40,350 bases of DNA. It comes from a virus. The stretch is taken from the IMG/VR virus record IMGVR_UViG_3300045988_141150; one strand, given 5' to 3'. The translations under genes were made by a program, and so were the position numbers. The notes beneath the pieces were generated by a model. The model was not told the DNA's origin. It did no database searches and saw only the letters and a program-made list of their open reading frames with translations. Positions 8,247-18,075 of the stretch are shown one piece after another (position 1 is the stretch's first letter; the number at the start of each line of letters is the position of its first letter).

Positions 8247-8981
8247 ATGATTCCTGGACTTTATGAAATCTTTAATACGCGCTGGGGTGGTCAGACGGTC
8301 TGGGTATCCTCTGATTGGCATTTTGGCGATTCAGATTTGCGGATTGGCCACCCCAACCGCATTTCTGATGACGATCTTGTAAAACTTTTAAATAGCAAAG
8401 CAGGTCGGAAAGACACACTCATTTGTCTCGGTGATGTAGGTGATATCTCTTATGTGCGGAAACTGCGCGCCGGTTATAAGGTTCTCATCAAGGGCAACCA
8501 CGATGCTGGCTCTGAAAACTATAAGCGCAAAATTGTCAAGAAGAGATTCTCTATGAATCACTATCGAAAGGACGAAGCGCTTATGGAAATGAAGCGTCTT
8601 TATCCTGATTGTAAGTATTTTATTGATTCGGGATTTAATTTCTGCACTCCCTTTGAATATTGGGAGATTACCGCGGATAATGGTCTTTTCGACGAAGTAT
8701 ATGATGGCGTGCTCCTTATTGGTGAGAAACTTATGCTTTCTCACGAACCAATTAAGCAGGACTGGGCTCTCGATCTTCACGGCCATGACCACAATCATAA
8801 AGAGACGGACATCTATCACAAGAATGTTTGTATAGATGTGTTTGGCCCCGCCCCTTTAAACTTAAATCAGTTCATGAAAAATGGCCCGACTGCGAAGATC
8901 GAGAGCGTCCATAGAAAGACGATTGATACCGCGACCAAGAGAAAGCAGAAGCGAGGAGGTAAAAAGATATGGGAGAAATGA
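8247..8981 (+). CDS. Calcineurin-like metallophosphoesterase, a Ser/Thr phosphatase-like protein of 244 aa.
   Basis: The motifs DWHFG, LGDVGD, GNHD and GHDH occur in the canonical order. Confidence 0.7.
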   Translation: MIPGLYEIFNTRWGGQTVWVSSDWHFGDSDLRIGHPNRISDDDLVKLLNSKAGRKDTLICLGDVGDISYVRKLRAGYKVLIKGNHDAGSENYKRKIVKKRFSMNHYRKDEALMEMKRLYPDCKYFIDSGFNFCTPFEYWEITADNGLFDEVYDGVLLIGEKLMLSHEPIKQDWALDLHGHDHNHKETDIYHKNVCIDVFGPAPLNLNQFMKNGPTAKIESVHRKTIDTATKRKQKRGGKKIWEK

Positions 8982-9139
8982 TTATTATGCTATTTATCAT
9001 ATTAGTATTTTTCGGCTTTATGTATATGGATCTACTGAATGATGATACTATGCCTCTCAATGAGAAGTATTATTATTGCGGTATGGGCATGTTGCTTTGC
9101 CTGTTTGCCGGTTTTATTCAGTCAGTCTTTTATGTTTAA
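8969..9139 (+). CDS. Small membrane protein of 56 aa.
   Basis: ATG follows a GAGGAGG RBS. The protein is hydrophobic. Confidence 0.45.
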   Translation: MGEMIIMLFIILVFFGFMYMDLLNDDTMPLNEKYYYCGMGMLLCLFAGFIQSVFYV

Positions 9140-9215
9140 AATAATAATTCTTTGTTTTTGCGCTCTTGGCATTTTATCCGTTTTGTTCGATGACTTAGAT
9201 TAAGGAGAAGGATAT

Positions 9216-9422
9216 ATGGTAGGATTTATTATAGAAATTATTCTTGGATTAATTGTAATAAGGCTTGCCCTATATATCTTCAACCTTACCGACTGCGCTG
9301 ACCCTTTTGAAGATATGTTTCTGATTGATACTTGTCTCATTACCGGAACCCTTCTACTTGTAATCTCTGCACTCCCAATCATTTTAGGATTGTATGGAGT
9401 AATTCAATATTTTATTCATTAA
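9216..9422 (+). CDS. Small membrane protein of 68 aa.
   Basis: The ORF is in the track, with an AAGGAGAAGGA RBS and two predicted TM segments. Confidence 0.5.
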   Translation: MVGFIIEIILGLIVIRLALYIFNLTDCADPFEDMFLIDTCLITGTLLLVISALPIILGLYGVIQYFIH

Positions 9423-9435
9423 GGAGAAGATAGTT

Positions 9436-9840
9436 ATGCTTTATGTAGTTTTTATTCTTGCGTTCGTGGCCTTTATTGCTCTCGCAGCTTGGGGTTTTTA
9501 TAGATATTCTGATCTTGGTTGTATTAGTTCGATTGTCGGCATCATTGGTACTGCTATCTTTGGAATCGTAATAGTATTTTCTACTATTGTGGTTGTCAAT
9601 GAAAATGTATGCAGTGATGCTCTTTACGAGAAATATACAACTCGTAAGGCTACTCTTGAATGGCGACTTGAGCAGAACTATACTGATAATGACAATAACC
9701 TTGGTGCAACTGAACTTTATAAAGAAATTCAGGAATATAATGAAGACCTTGCGAGCGCAAAGGCTAATCGCGCGAACCCTTGGTTGAAGGTTTTTGCGGG
9801 AGAGTATGTTGATCGACTTGAACCTATTGAGTTAAAGTAA
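9436..9840 (+). CDS. Membrane-anchored protein of 134 aa.
   Basis: The ORF is in the track, with an AAGGAGAAGATAG RBS and N-terminal TM segments. Confidence 0.55.
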   Translation: MLYVVFILAFVAFIALAAWGFYRYSDLGCISSIVGIIGTAIFGIVIVFSTIVVVNENVCSDALYEKYTTRKATLEWRLEQNYTDNDNNLGATELYKEIQEYNEDLASAKANRANPWLKVFAGEYVDRLEPIELK

Positions 9841-9851
9841 GGAGAATAAAA

Positions 9852-10442
9852 ATGATTATTTGTAAACATTGCGGTCAGCCCATTTCTGATAAGTCAAAAG
9901 TTTGTCCGTTTTGTGGAGGCAATGTAAAGATTCCTTTCTATGATAAGACGTGGTTCCATATTCTCCTTGTGCTTATTATCTTTACGGGAATTGATTATGT
10001 CATTAGGAATCCCAATCCTGAACCCACGGTATATAGCCCTCCGATTGTAGAAAGCGCGGGAGCCTCGTCTCAGAGTTCGGTTGATCCCGTCGAAGAGACC
10101 GATGAGCAGGAAACCGCGGAATACTCATCCGAATCTCTTTCTAAGATGATTGATATGGTAGAAGATTATCCTATTAAGGCTGAGGAAGAGTATACCGGTA
10201 AGTATATTCAGGTATCAGGATATCTTGACACCGTTGATAGCGATGGTAAATATTTTACTATTGTATCCGATCCTGATGATTTTACTCTCTTAGATAATAT
10301 CCATTGGAGTATGGACAAGGACTCTGATGTTTATGATTTCATTAAGAATGCCAAGGAAGGCTCTTATATTACCGTTTGTGGCGAAATCACCGATGTAGGC
10401 GAAACTATTTATTACATGGGCGACGCTCATTCAGTTCATTAA
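9852..10442 (+). CDS. Protein with an N-terminal zinc ribbon and a TM segment, 196 aa.
   Basis: CKHCG...CPFCGG followed by a hydrophobic segment. The ORF is in the track. Confidence 0.55.
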   Translation: MIICKHCGQPISDKSKVCPFCGGNVKIPFYDKTWFHILLVLIIFTGIDYVIRNPNPEPTVYSPPIVESAGASSQSSVDPVEETDEQETAEYSSESLSKMIDMVEDYPIKAEEEYTGKYIQVSGYLDTVDSDGKYFTIVSDPDDFTLLDNIHWSMDKDSDVYDFIKNAKEGSYITVCGEITDVGETIYYMGDAHSVH

Positions 10443-10449
10443 ATAAAAT

Positions 10450-10489
10450 AAGGACTTATGTTAATTCATAAGTCCTTATTTTATTTTTA
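10450..10489 (+). terminator. Rho-independent terminator.
   Basis: Hairpin AAGGACTTATG-N6-CATAAGTCCTT followed by a T-run. Confidence 0.7.
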
Positions 10490-10532
10490 TAAAAAAATAT
10501 AATATAATATATATATAAAGTTAAGAAAGGAA
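10481..10532 (+). promoter_or_regulatory. Family-A promoter motif, with a weaker -35.
   Basis: ATAAAAAAATATAATATAATATATATATAAAGTTAAGAAAGG. Confidence 0.5.
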
Positions 10533-10817
10533 ATGAAAATTATGTATGTAGAGCTTTGGGATCTAATTGGTAGAAAGTATACTGATCCAGAAGATGATGA
10601 ATACGCAATGCTCGTTTCTAAGGATGGCGTTCATATTGCCAACGCGGTTGAGATTCTTTTCTCTAAGGCTAAGGGCGAGGGTCGAATCCGCGAGTATAAT
10701 ATTGAAATCCCCTGCGTCTTCGACACAATCGGCATCGAAATGGTTTACGTGCTAATTGTCTCTTGGATTAACGCAGATGGCTCTCTTGGAACTTATTATA
10801 CGGAGGTATGTCATTAA
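10533..10817 (+). CDS. Hypothetical protein of 94 aa.
   Basis: The ORF is in the track. Confidence 0.55.
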   Translation: MKIMYVELWDLIGRKYTDPEDDEYAMLVSKDGVHIANAVEILFSKAKGEGRIREYNIEIPCVFDTIGIEMVYVLIVSWINADGSLGTYYTEVCH

Positions 10818-11065
10818 TGACTATTTATGCTCTTTGTTATCATTATGATAGTTTTGGCGGTGATGATACCGCGGTGCTTGGCCTTTATTCTACTGAGGAA
10901 AAGGCTTTTGAAGCAGGACGAAAAAAAGAAAAGGAAGCGCAAGAACGTTGGAAAAAAAATAAGTCTATTTCATATTGTAAAAAGCCTTCATTTGATGGGT
11001 TTTTCGTTCACAGCTACGGCGACTACTATGTAAAGATTATGGAAGTTGATAAGGAGACTACCTAA
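10817..11065 (+). CDS. Hypothetical protein of 82 aa.
   Basis: ATG lies in the frame of track ORF 10808..11065 and overlaps the upstream TAA. Confidence 0.5.
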   Translation: MTIYALCYHYDSFGGDDTAVLGLYSTEEKAFEAGRKKEKEAQERWKKNKSISYCKKPSFDGFFVHSYGDYYVKIMEVDKETT

Positions 11066-11382
11066 TGGTTGTAATGATTTATGCTTATGAAAGCGTCTAT
11101 TGCGGACTCCACGGTATAAATACTGGCGGTGTCTTCGAGGTTGATAGTGCCGCAGAAGCTGATGATATTGGCAAAGGAATGGCTTATGATGTAATTGATA
11201 GTTATAGTCATGCCTTTGAGGATTACGACCTGGAAGAAGTAGAGGAAGGCATTGAATGGGAAGTCTGGCCCGTCCGCGATAACACTGGACTTTCCGTCAG
11301 TGAGCTTGACTGCGAGTTTGCGAACCTCGGTAAAAGTCTCTTTATTGATGAGTATTGTTGTGTAGATATCCACAATACTTAA
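11065..11382 (+). CDS. Hypothetical acidic protein of 105 aa.
   Basis: The ORF is in the track. Confidence 0.55.
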   Translation: MVVMIYAYESVYCGLHGINTGGVFEVDSAAEADDIGKGMAYDVIDSYSHAFEDYDLEEVEEGIEWEVWPVRDNTGLSVSELDCEFANLGKSLFIDEYCCVDIHNT

Positions 11383-11565
11383 TATAAAACTCTGGAAGGG
11401 CATTCTCTTCCCCAATAGGATAAAGTTTCAGTCCATACCGCCCAAGGGTGCTATTCAATAAGGTTAGATTATAAGTGGGTATGATAGTTCTACTAACAAA
11501 CTTGAATAGGCTATATTATATACGCTAAATCCTTGATTGTATGATACCTCCAAAAAAGAGTTTTA

Positions 11566-11595
11566 TTGATTTTTTATAAAAAATAATATATAATA
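11566..11595 (+). promoter_or_regulatory. Family-A promoter: TTGATT, a 17-nt spacer, TATAAT.
   Basis: It matches the consensus motif. Confidence 0.6.
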
Positions 11596-11618
11596 TATAT
11601 AGAAAGTTAAGAAAGGGA

Positions 11619-11801
11619 ATGATAATTATGAAGTTGATAGAAAAGCCCTGTACTAAGGAAGACGCAGTTGAGGCTCTTGAAACAATTGACACCTATGTTG
11701 ATATGCTTTACTGGCAAGGTGTCATTGATAGCGATGAGCTTGATGAACTTACTTCGAATATTTCAATTCTCAAAAGCTTTATTCGAAATGTAAAAGAATA
11801 A
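11619..11801 (+). CDS. Hypothetical protein of 60 aa.
   Basis: The ORF is in the track. Confidence 0.5.
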   Translation: MIIMKLIEKPCTKEDAVEALETIDTYVDMLYWQGVIDSDELDELTSNISILKSFIRNVKE

Positions 11802-11814
11802 TCAATAAATATTA

Positions 11815-12138
11815 GTGAGAGAGGAAATGATAATTATGGAGAAGTTTATTAATGCAATCGTTTTTGATGATGGCTATCACGATAAGTTTGTCATCTGCAA
11901 AGGTGATATTCATAAGTATAATTTCTGTCTTTTTGTTAATAAGATTGCAATTTGTCATGATGAAACTTATATTTTTAAGACCATTCATTATGAAGACCTC
12001 GAAGAAGAAAGCAATGTCGCAGAAGCTTTTGAAGTAATGGATTCTTCTACTGAGTTATTTCATACTGAAAATACTGTAAAGGCTTTCGAAATTCTTTGGA
12101 ATTGCGAAGATGCGGTTGAAGGCATTGATGTTTATTAA
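11815..12138 (+). CDS. Hypothetical protein of 107 aa.
   Basis: The ORF is in the track. Confidence 0.5.
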   Translation: MREEMIIMEKFINAIVFDDGYHDKFVICKGDIHKYNFCLFVNKIAICHDETYIFKTIHYEDLEEESNVAEAFEVMDSSTELFHTENTVKAFEILWNCEDAVEGIDVY

Positions 12139-12150
12139 GATTATGGAGGA

Positions 12151-12759
12151 GTGATCAATATGTTTTATTATGTTAATTATAAAGATAACTGGGCTGATGA
12201 AATGTTTGTTGATGGCTTTTCCATTATGGACGAAAAGGAATACGAGCACTATACTGCGACTGTAAATGCGATCGTTGCAGATATTGAATGTGGTCTGCCA
12301 TTTATTTATCAGATCGGCACCAATGAGGAAATTGAATATAATAATGTCAACGATTTCCTTAGTGCATTTGAAGTGTCTGAGTTCGAAGAGTATCCCGAAG
12401 GCATTGAAATGGTCTTCGGTAAAAAGTTTCCTGAGTTTGGTTTCTTCCCTTATGAGCAGATGCTTGACACTCTTTGGGATCGAGCTAATGACCTTGAAGA
12501 GGAAGAAGATAATGAAATGCGCGAAGAGTATTATCGCATTGATTATTACAATTCTGTCTCTAATGAACATGTTGGCGATCCGGTGTATATCAAGGTTAAG
12601 GGTTATTCTAATATTGAGATTGATGCTCAGATTGAAACCTTTGAGGAGCATTTTGCCACGGAATATAATAAGCAGTATGGCGTATATGTCTACCCTGAGA
12701 CTTGTCAGATTTATAAGGAACTTTATGACAAGGAGATGAATCTTAATGGCAACGAGTAA
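12151..12759 (+). CDS. Hypothetical acidic protein of 202 aa.
   Basis: The ORF is in the track. Confidence 0.55.
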   Translation: MINMFYYVNYKDNWADEMFVDGFSIMDEKEYEHYTATVNAIVADIECGLPFIYQIGTNEEIEYNNVNDFLSAFEVSEFEEYPEGIEMVFGKKFPEFGFFPYEQMLDTLWDRANDLEEEEDNEMREEYYRIDYYNSVSNEHVGDPVYIKVKGYSNIEIDAQIETFEEHFATEYNKQYGVYVYPETCQIYKELYDKEMNLNGNE

Positions 12760-13024
12760 GTATAAGAAGAGCGCGAAAGACCTTGCTTTTGAGCGCGAGA
12801 AGGTTAAACTTCAAGCGCGTAATCTTCAACTTTGTAGAGAACTTGCGGAAGCCCAAAAGGAACTGGAAGCCGCGAAGAAAGAGCTTGAAGAGAGTCGTGC
12901 GCGCAATGCGGAACTCATTTCTTACATTGAGGAAACTACTGGTTGTTGCCCTGAGACTTTCAAGAAAGATATTAAGAACCGCGAAATGATTGCGGGTTTG
13001 CTCTGTTCTCTTCTCAGGCTATAA
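12746..13024 (+). CDS. Coiled-coil protein of 92 aa.
   Basis: It has heptad-like K/E/A-rich sequence. The ORF is in the track. Confidence 0.5.
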   Translation: MATSKYKKSAKDLAFEREKVKLQARNLQLCRELAEAQKELEAAKKELEESRARNAELISYIEETTGCCPETFKKDIKNREMIAGLLCSLLRL

Positions 13025-13046
13025 GAAAAAGATACAGAGGGCCCTC

Positions 13047-13223
13047 ATGATGAAAAATAATATTTTAGGTAATATTTTAGGCGGACTTTGTTTCTGGGTT
13101 TTATGCATCAATATTATGGAAGGTATTGGCATGAAGATTGCGGTTCCCGCACTAATCACTTGGTTGGTTCTGGCGTTTCGCTGTTTCTGGAACGCTTACA
13201 ATGATAAATATAGCGATGATTAA
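13047..13223 (+). CDS. Small membrane protein of 58 aa, possibly holin-like.
   Basis: ATG lies in the frame of track ORF 12990..13223. There are two hydrophobic segments. Confidence 0.4.
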   Translation: MMKNNILGNILGGLCFWVLCINIMEGIGMKIAVPALITWLVLAFRCFWNAYNDKYSDD

Positions 13224-13260
13224 AGACCTTATATAAACCATAAGGTCTTTCTTTATTTTT
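13223..13260 (+). terminator. Rho-independent terminator.
   Basis: Hairpin AAAGACCTTAT-N7-ATAAGGTCTTT followed by a T-run. Confidence 0.7.
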
Positions 13261-13280
13261 ATAAAAAAATATATTATAAT
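13252..13280 (+). promoter_or_regulatory. Family-A promoter with TATAAT at 13275..13280.
   Basis: It matches the consensus motif. Confidence 0.5.
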
Positions 13281-13325
13281 ATTTATAGAAAGTTAAAGAG
13301 AAGATAAAAAAAAGGAGAGACGCTT

Positions 13326-13595
13326 ATGCTTGGCACTGTTAATATTCCTTATTCTAAAATTGAAGAAGATATTGAGAATATTTGCGTTGAGTATGGCCAT
13401 GGTGGTTATGATGTAATGACTTGCGACGAGATCGCAGTTGATAAAATTCTTGAGTATTTTAATCATCTTCGTATTCAGCAATGGAATCTTTCTTGCGCTG
13501 AATGGCCCAATAGAGAAGGTGGTGCTTGCTTTGTCTCTTGGATTGAGGAAGGTCATTTGTGTGGTTATGGATTTGATTATTTGATGGATAATTAA
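13326..13595 (+). CDS. Hypothetical protein of 89 aa.
   Basis: The ORF is in the track. Confidence 0.55.
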   Translation: MLGTVNIPYSKIEEDIENICVEYGHGGYDVMTCDEIAVDKILEYFNHLRIQQWNLSCAEWPNREGGACFVSWIEEGHLCGYGFDYLMDN

Positions 13596-13610
13596 CAAGG
13601 AGTTTTAATT

Positions 13611-13925
13611 ATGAAAACGATTTACGCTATTAGGGACAATGAGACTGAGGAGATTGTTCTTCTTACAGAAACTATTGATGACGCTCAGGAGACAGTTCTT
13701 TCTCTCCAAGAGGAAGCAATGTATGAGCGATTCCTTGATGATACTGTGCGATTCACCAGTTCTTACCTTACTATTGAACCGGAAAAGTGGTGGAGTGAGG
13801 TTGCCAGTTTGAAAAATTTGTATAGCAAGCTTAAGGCAATGAAGTCTCCTTATACTACGACTGAAGGTTTCGCAATTCAGTTTAAGAGCCATGAATATTA
13901 TATTGAGGAGCGGACAATCCTATGA
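13611..13925 (+). CDS. Hypothetical protein of 104 aa.
   Basis: The ORF is in the track. Confidence 0.55.
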   Translation: MKTIYAIRDNETEEIVLLTETIDDAQETVLSLQEEAMYERFLDDTVRFTSSYLTIEPEKWWSEVASLKNLYSKLKAMKSPYTTTEGFAIQFKSHEYYIEERTIL

Positions 13926-14209
13926 AAAGAGTTTATTTAGTATGTGATGAATTTAGCCCCATTTTAGCTTGCGGTGATCTTTCAGATGCATATGAAATGC
14001 TTCTTTCTTTTTATGAAGAAAAAACTTATGGTGATTTTCTTTGGTCTTGTGTTTATCACGATTTATCCATTGAAGATTATTTTGATAGTATGAAAGACTC
14101 TTTTGAGCTATATAATAAGTGTAATAACTCTAAGAAATATGAAACACTTGAAGCTTATATCTTAGATCACGAAAAACATTTTAGCATAGTTAGTATGTGG
14201 GAGGCGTAA
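13922..14209 (+). CDS. Hypothetical protein of 95 aa.
   Basis: The ORF is in the track. Confidence 0.55.
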   Translation: MKRVYLVCDEFSPILACGDLSDAYEMLLSFYEEKTYGDFLWSCVYHDLSIEDYFDSMKDSFELYNKCNNSKKYETLEAYILDHEKHFSIVSMWEA

Positions 14210-14212
14210 AGC

Positions 14213-14932
14213 ATGGTGGCTCCGAGTTTTCAGAAATTTGAATTTATTGGCGACGTGTATGTGTCTGCGGGAAAGAAATATATTCAGGTGAAGAACCCAA
14301 AAACCGGAACTATTCGCCAGGTGCGTTGGTATGAAGACGCGGAGTATACTAGGCTTTACCCAGAAAAATCCCAAGAGGTAGCAACTAAGATGGCTCCACA
14401 TCGTCAAGTTCTTGGGTTTGGCGACGCAGGCTACATCACGATTTTCAAAGGTAATTGTGATGAAGAGAATGATTGGTTTAAGATGAGTTCCGCACGTTAT
14501 ACGCGGTTGTGGGGTTGGTATTTCCGCTCATGTGATGAGATTCCCGCGCTTCCCGCAGATGTTGAACCGATTCGTCTTGATTGGGATAAGGTCGGCGGAG
14601 CAGACGGCGAACTTTATCGTGAAGAAGTGGTAAAGCACGCGGTTGATGCCCTTATATATGATGAAAGTTTGGCTCAGTGGATCGGTAATATCGGCGACCG
14701 CATTGATATTACCGTAAAGATTGATGATAAGCACGCTCTTGAAAGCAAATATGGTCATACTATTGCTTACTCTATGAGTGATGCTGATGGTAATCAGTTT
14801 ATGTGGATTACTTCTTCCAAGAGTGATTGGACTATTGGAAATACTTATCATATCCGCGGAACTGTGAAATCACAAGATGTTCGTAAGAATGTAAAGATTA
14901 ACACGTTAACGAGATGTAGTGAGGTAAAATAA
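14213..14932 (+). CDS. Hypothetical protein of 239 aa.
   Basis: The ORF is in the track. Its GC content is locally higher. Confidence 0.55.
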   Translation: MVAPSFQKFEFIGDVYVSAGKKYIQVKNPKTGTIRQVRWYEDAEYTRLYPEKSQEVATKMAPHRQVLGFGDAGYITIFKGNCDEENDWFKMSSARYTRLWGWYFRSCDEIPALPADVEPIRLDWDKVGGADGELYREEVVKHAVDALIYDESLAQWIGNIGDRIDITVKIDDKHALESKYGHTIAYSMSDADGNQFMWITSSKSDWTIGNTYHIRGTVKSQDVRKNVKINTLTRCSEVK

Positions 14933-15108
14933 TGGAAATGGAACCTATTTATTGTGCGTATGACACTTTAAATCCTACCATCAATCCTGATGGAACTGAG
15001 AAGCATTGGTGCAGTAGTTATAATACTTATATTTGTCTCAAATGTCCTTCTCGATTTGATGGTGAACGTATCAAAAATTATATGGAAAATAATCCAAAGG
15101 AGCATTAA
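14932..15108 (+). CDS. Small Cys-containing protein of 58 aa.
   Basis: ATG overlaps the upstream TAA, in the pattern TAATGG. Confidence 0.4.
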   Translation: MEMEPIYCAYDTLNPTINPDGTEKHWCSSYNTYICLKCPSRFDGERIKNYMENNPKEH

Positions 15109-15111
15109 ATT

Positions 15112-15783
15112 ATGAAGAGATTTATTTGTGGTATTATTGCAATTATCCTTTGCCTTTCGTTGACTGCGTGCGATAGTCCAGAAACAACTACAATTACTGC
15201 TGAGCCGGAGGATGGCGATGTTAAGCTTTCTTTCCTCGCTACTTTCTATGATAATCACGGCGCTCAGTGGTTTCAGTGTGAAGGCGAGACCTTCGACATT
15301 AAGCCTAATAAGGTAAAGGAATGGGCTTATAACACTGATGGTAGTTGGGTTAGTTCTTATTCTCTTTCGTCGGTTGTAAGCATTGACATTGATGGCAAGA
15401 GTGTTGAGAGTTGCGGTTCTACTATTGTTTTTGCTGATAGCCGTCTCACTCAGTATGATGTAGATATTCCCGCGGAAGCCTCGACTAATAGTGGCAATGG
15501 AGCCAGCATTTCCGCGCCTACCGACCGCAGTTGGGATGAGTATTGGGATCTTTCTTGGTGGTATTGGAAGTCTAAGAATTTGAACAATGCAGATGACGGC
15601 AGTAAGATTGTAGTAATTCAGTCTCAGATGGGCGACCCCATTTGTATGTTTGTAGGGGATAACGTCTCTTGGGGCATTCCAAAGAACCTTCCTAAGACTA
15701 CTCAGTTGACAATTGATGGCAAGGCAGTATATATTCATCGTGCGAATTTCGCCATTATTGATACTGATTTATTCAATAATTAA
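15112..15783 (+). CDS. Lipoprotein of 223 aa.
   Basis: It has a signal peptide ending in the lipobox LSLTAC. Confidence 0.6.
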   Translation: MKRFICGIIAIILCLSLTACDSPETTTITAEPEDGDVKLSFLATFYDNHGAQWFQCEGETFDIKPNKVKEWAYNTDGSWVSSYSLSSVVSIDIDGKSVESCGSTIVFADSRLTQYDVDIPAEASTNSGNGASISAPTDRSWDEYWDLSWWYWKSKNLNNADDGSKIVVIQSQMGDPICMFVGDNVSWGIPKNLPKTTQLTIDGKAVYIHRANFAIIDTDLFNN

Positions 15784-15803
15784 ATAAATTAAAAGTCCTT
15801 TTT

Positions 15804-15832
15804 TGATTTTTTATAAAAATTATTATATAATA
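15804..15832 (+). promoter_or_regulatory. Family-A promoter: TTGATT, a 17-nt spacer, TATAAT. It is embedded between the inverted repeats AAAGTCCTTT and AAAGGACTTT.
   Basis: It matches the motif. The flanking 10-bp inverted repeats sit at 15792 and 15849. Confidence 0.5.
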
Positions 15833-15917
15833 TTTATAGAAAGTTAAGAAAGGACTTTTTTTATATGGATTACTGACTATGTAAGCATGCTCGTGTGTCG
15901 TGGTTGGTAAGATCTTT

Positions 15918-15946
15918 TTGACATTTTTAAAAAAATAATATATAAT
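15918..15946 (+). promoter_or_regulatory. Family-A promoter: TTGACA, a 17-nt spacer, TATAAT.
   Basis: Consensus hexamers. Confidence 0.6.
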
Positions 15947-15979
15947 ATATATAGAAAATAAAAAAAGAGGTTATTTGTT

Positions 15980-16222
15980 ATGGAGTATCACTACATAGCT
16001 CATGTTCATGCAGTAGACTCAGAAAAGGAAGATTTTCAGGGCGTAATAGTAGCCTCTAATTACTTGGAAGCAATTAAGCGTATTGTATATTTCTATAAAT
16101 ATGATATTGCTTTTGTGGAAATTATTATCGCTGATGATAAAACAGTTCCTTACCTCGGAGCAAAGATTACTTTTAGTCATCAGGCAATTTGTGATATATT
16201 AGGAGAAGATAACAATGGTTAA
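15980..16222 (+). CDS. Hypothetical protein of 80 aa.
   Basis: The ORF is in the track. Confidence 0.55.
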   Translation: MEYHYIAHVHAVDSEKEDFQGVIVASNYLEAIKRIVYFYKYDIAFVEIIIADDKTVPYLGAKITFSHQAICDILGEDNNG

Positions 16223-16490
16223 AAGAGTAATTGCGGTTCATAGTGAGCATCATGGCTTTGTGTTTTGTTCGCCTACTGAAACTTGGACCGTAGAGGAATT
16301 TATTACCCATTTGGCGAATCCGCATGAGGATTATTATAGTATTCGTGAAATTTGGGAAACTGATTATCCGGAAAATAGTGGCTACAATGATATGCTAAAT
16401 ATCCTTATTGAGAAAGATAAGGATGGCACAGCTTATACTGAGTTTATTCTATTTTGGGACGATGAAAATGCCAAAGAATGGGTGGAGTAA
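16215..16490 (+). CDS. Hypothetical protein of 91 aa.
   Basis: The ORF is in the track. Confidence 0.55.
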   Translation: MVKRVIAVHSEHHGFVFCSPTETWTVEEFITHLANPHEDYYSIREIWETDYPENSGYNDMLNILIEKDKDGTAYTEFILFWDDENAKEWVE

Positions 16491-16657
16491 TGGATAATTT
16501 GTTTATGTGTTATGCGAATCACACTGAGGAACTTGAAAGAATTATCAAGGAAATTAGTGCGGGCGCGACGATTTTCCAGACTGAGCTCACTTTGACGAAT
16601 ATCGATATGGAATATATCCGACGAGAAGTGGAGAGGAGACTAAATGGCCGAAACTAA
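16490..16657 (+). CDS. Small hypothetical protein of 55 aa.
   Basis: ATG overlaps the upstream TAA. Confidence 0.4.
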   Translation: MDNLFMCYANHTEELERIIKEISAGATIFQTELTLTNIDMEYIRREVERRLNGRN

Positions 16658-18011
16658 TGTAATTGGAATTTTTGAATTCCCACATAATATTTTTGATAAA
16701 ATTTTAGATAGATTTAGTCAAGCAGTTCAAGATAATAAGTATCAGAAACTTGATTATGTCTTTTGGCGTAAACTAAAAACTTCTAAAAATAATGTCAGAA
16801 TTGTTGTCAAATCTGACCTCAATGATAAGATTTTCTTTGATATTTACCCTGATGTTTACACTATAAATTATTCTTTTTTTGTTGATGGCATTGATGGATC
16901 TTTTGGTAAATATCTGCTTGATAATATTTGTAATATTTTTACAGATAAGTATGTAATCAAGTGCTCTGAGAAGTTCTTTGAGTATAAGATGCGTAGAGCG
17001 AAGAAGGCTACTGAAAAGAATAATAATATAAGTAAGCCCGGGGATGGACTTGATTATACCAAAGTATTTGACAAGGGAGTATGGAACACAGAATTTTCTT
17101 GCACGAATACTATTTCTGATGAAGAAGCCCAGAAGATTCTTGGAAAGCTACATACTACACCTATTGTGGCAGTTCCTGATAGCGATTGTAGTCTTCAAAC
17201 TGGGAAGGTTGCTTCGATTAATTCTAATACAATTTTCGCTACTACTCTTACTGATCCTACCACAATTACACTCGGTAGTCAAATTGACGCAATTAAAGAT
17301 AAGTGTGCTATGATTGATACCGATTATATCAATGATCGAATCAATAAAGTTTTGAATGAACAAAATACATTTAACAATAATGTTGATGATAAGAAAGGAA
17401 ATAATAAAATGAAGGCGTTTAATTTTGATTTTGGCCCCTGCACCAATGATAACATTCGTATGTCTATGTATGGTCTGGCTGTGAAGAATGCGGCTGGTAC
17501 TTGGGTTTCTTATAACCCTGAGAGTAAGGAAATTATCGACGTCGATGTCTTCAACTTTGATGGCGGTAAGTTTCTTTACAAGATGCCGGTTGCCATCAAG
17601 GACGTTAAGGTCGGCGACATTGTTATCCACAACCGCAAGGCGATGTTTGTGATTGATGTGTCTGAAACGGGTATGACCGCGATTGATCCGCAGGCCGGTG
17701 AGGAGAAGAAGATTCTGCTTACCAAGTCCCCGTTTGGTTTCAATTTCGCAACGAAGGTCGTGTCTCTCTTTAATATGACTTCTGATGCGCCCACTCCGGA
17801 TGCACCGTTCGGCAATATGCTCCCCTTCCTCATGATGAGTGAGAATAGTGGCGAGTTTGACATGAACACCATGCTGATGCTCTCTATGATGGGCGGTCAG
17901 GGTGGTATGGATTTCTCTAAGAATCCTATGATGATGTATTTCCTTATGAAGGACTCCAAGAACGCGGATGATCTTCTTCCGCTCATGTTCATGGGTAATC
18001 TTTGTAAGTAA
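16644..18011 (+). CDS. Hypothetical protein of 455 aa with a Met-rich C-terminus.
   Basis: The ORF is in the track. Confidence 0.6.
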   Translation: MAETNVIGIFEFPHNIFDKILDRFSQAVQDNKYQKLDYVFWRKLKTSKNNVRIVVKSDLNDKIFFDIYPDVYTINYSFFVDGIDGSFGKYLLDNICNIFTDKYVIKCSEKFFEYKMRRAKKATEKNNNISKPGDGLDYTKVFDKGVWNTEFSCTNTISDEEAQKILGKLHTTPIVAVPDSDCSLQTGKVASINSNTIFATTLTDPTTITLGSQIDAIKDKCAMIDTDYINDRINKVLNEQNTFNNNVDDKKGNNKMKAFNFDFGPCTNDNIRMSMYGLAVKNAAGTWVSYNPESKEIIDVDVFNFDGGKFLYKMPVAIKDVKVGDIVIHNRKAMFVIDVSETGMTAIDPQAGEEKKILLTKSPFGFNFATKVVSLFNMTSDAPTPDAPFGNMLPFLMMSENSGEFDMNTMLMLSMMGGQGGMDFSKNPMMMYFLMKDSKNADDLLPLMFMGNLCK

Positions 18012-18035
18012 ATATAATAAAACCCCTTTCGCAAG

Positions 18036-18075
18036 AAAGCCCTTTGATTGACCGCAAAGGGCTTTCTTTATTTTT
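18036..18075 (+). terminator. Rho-independent terminator.
   Basis: Hairpin AAAGCCCTTTG-N8-CAAAGGGCTTT followed by a T-run. Confidence 0.7.
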
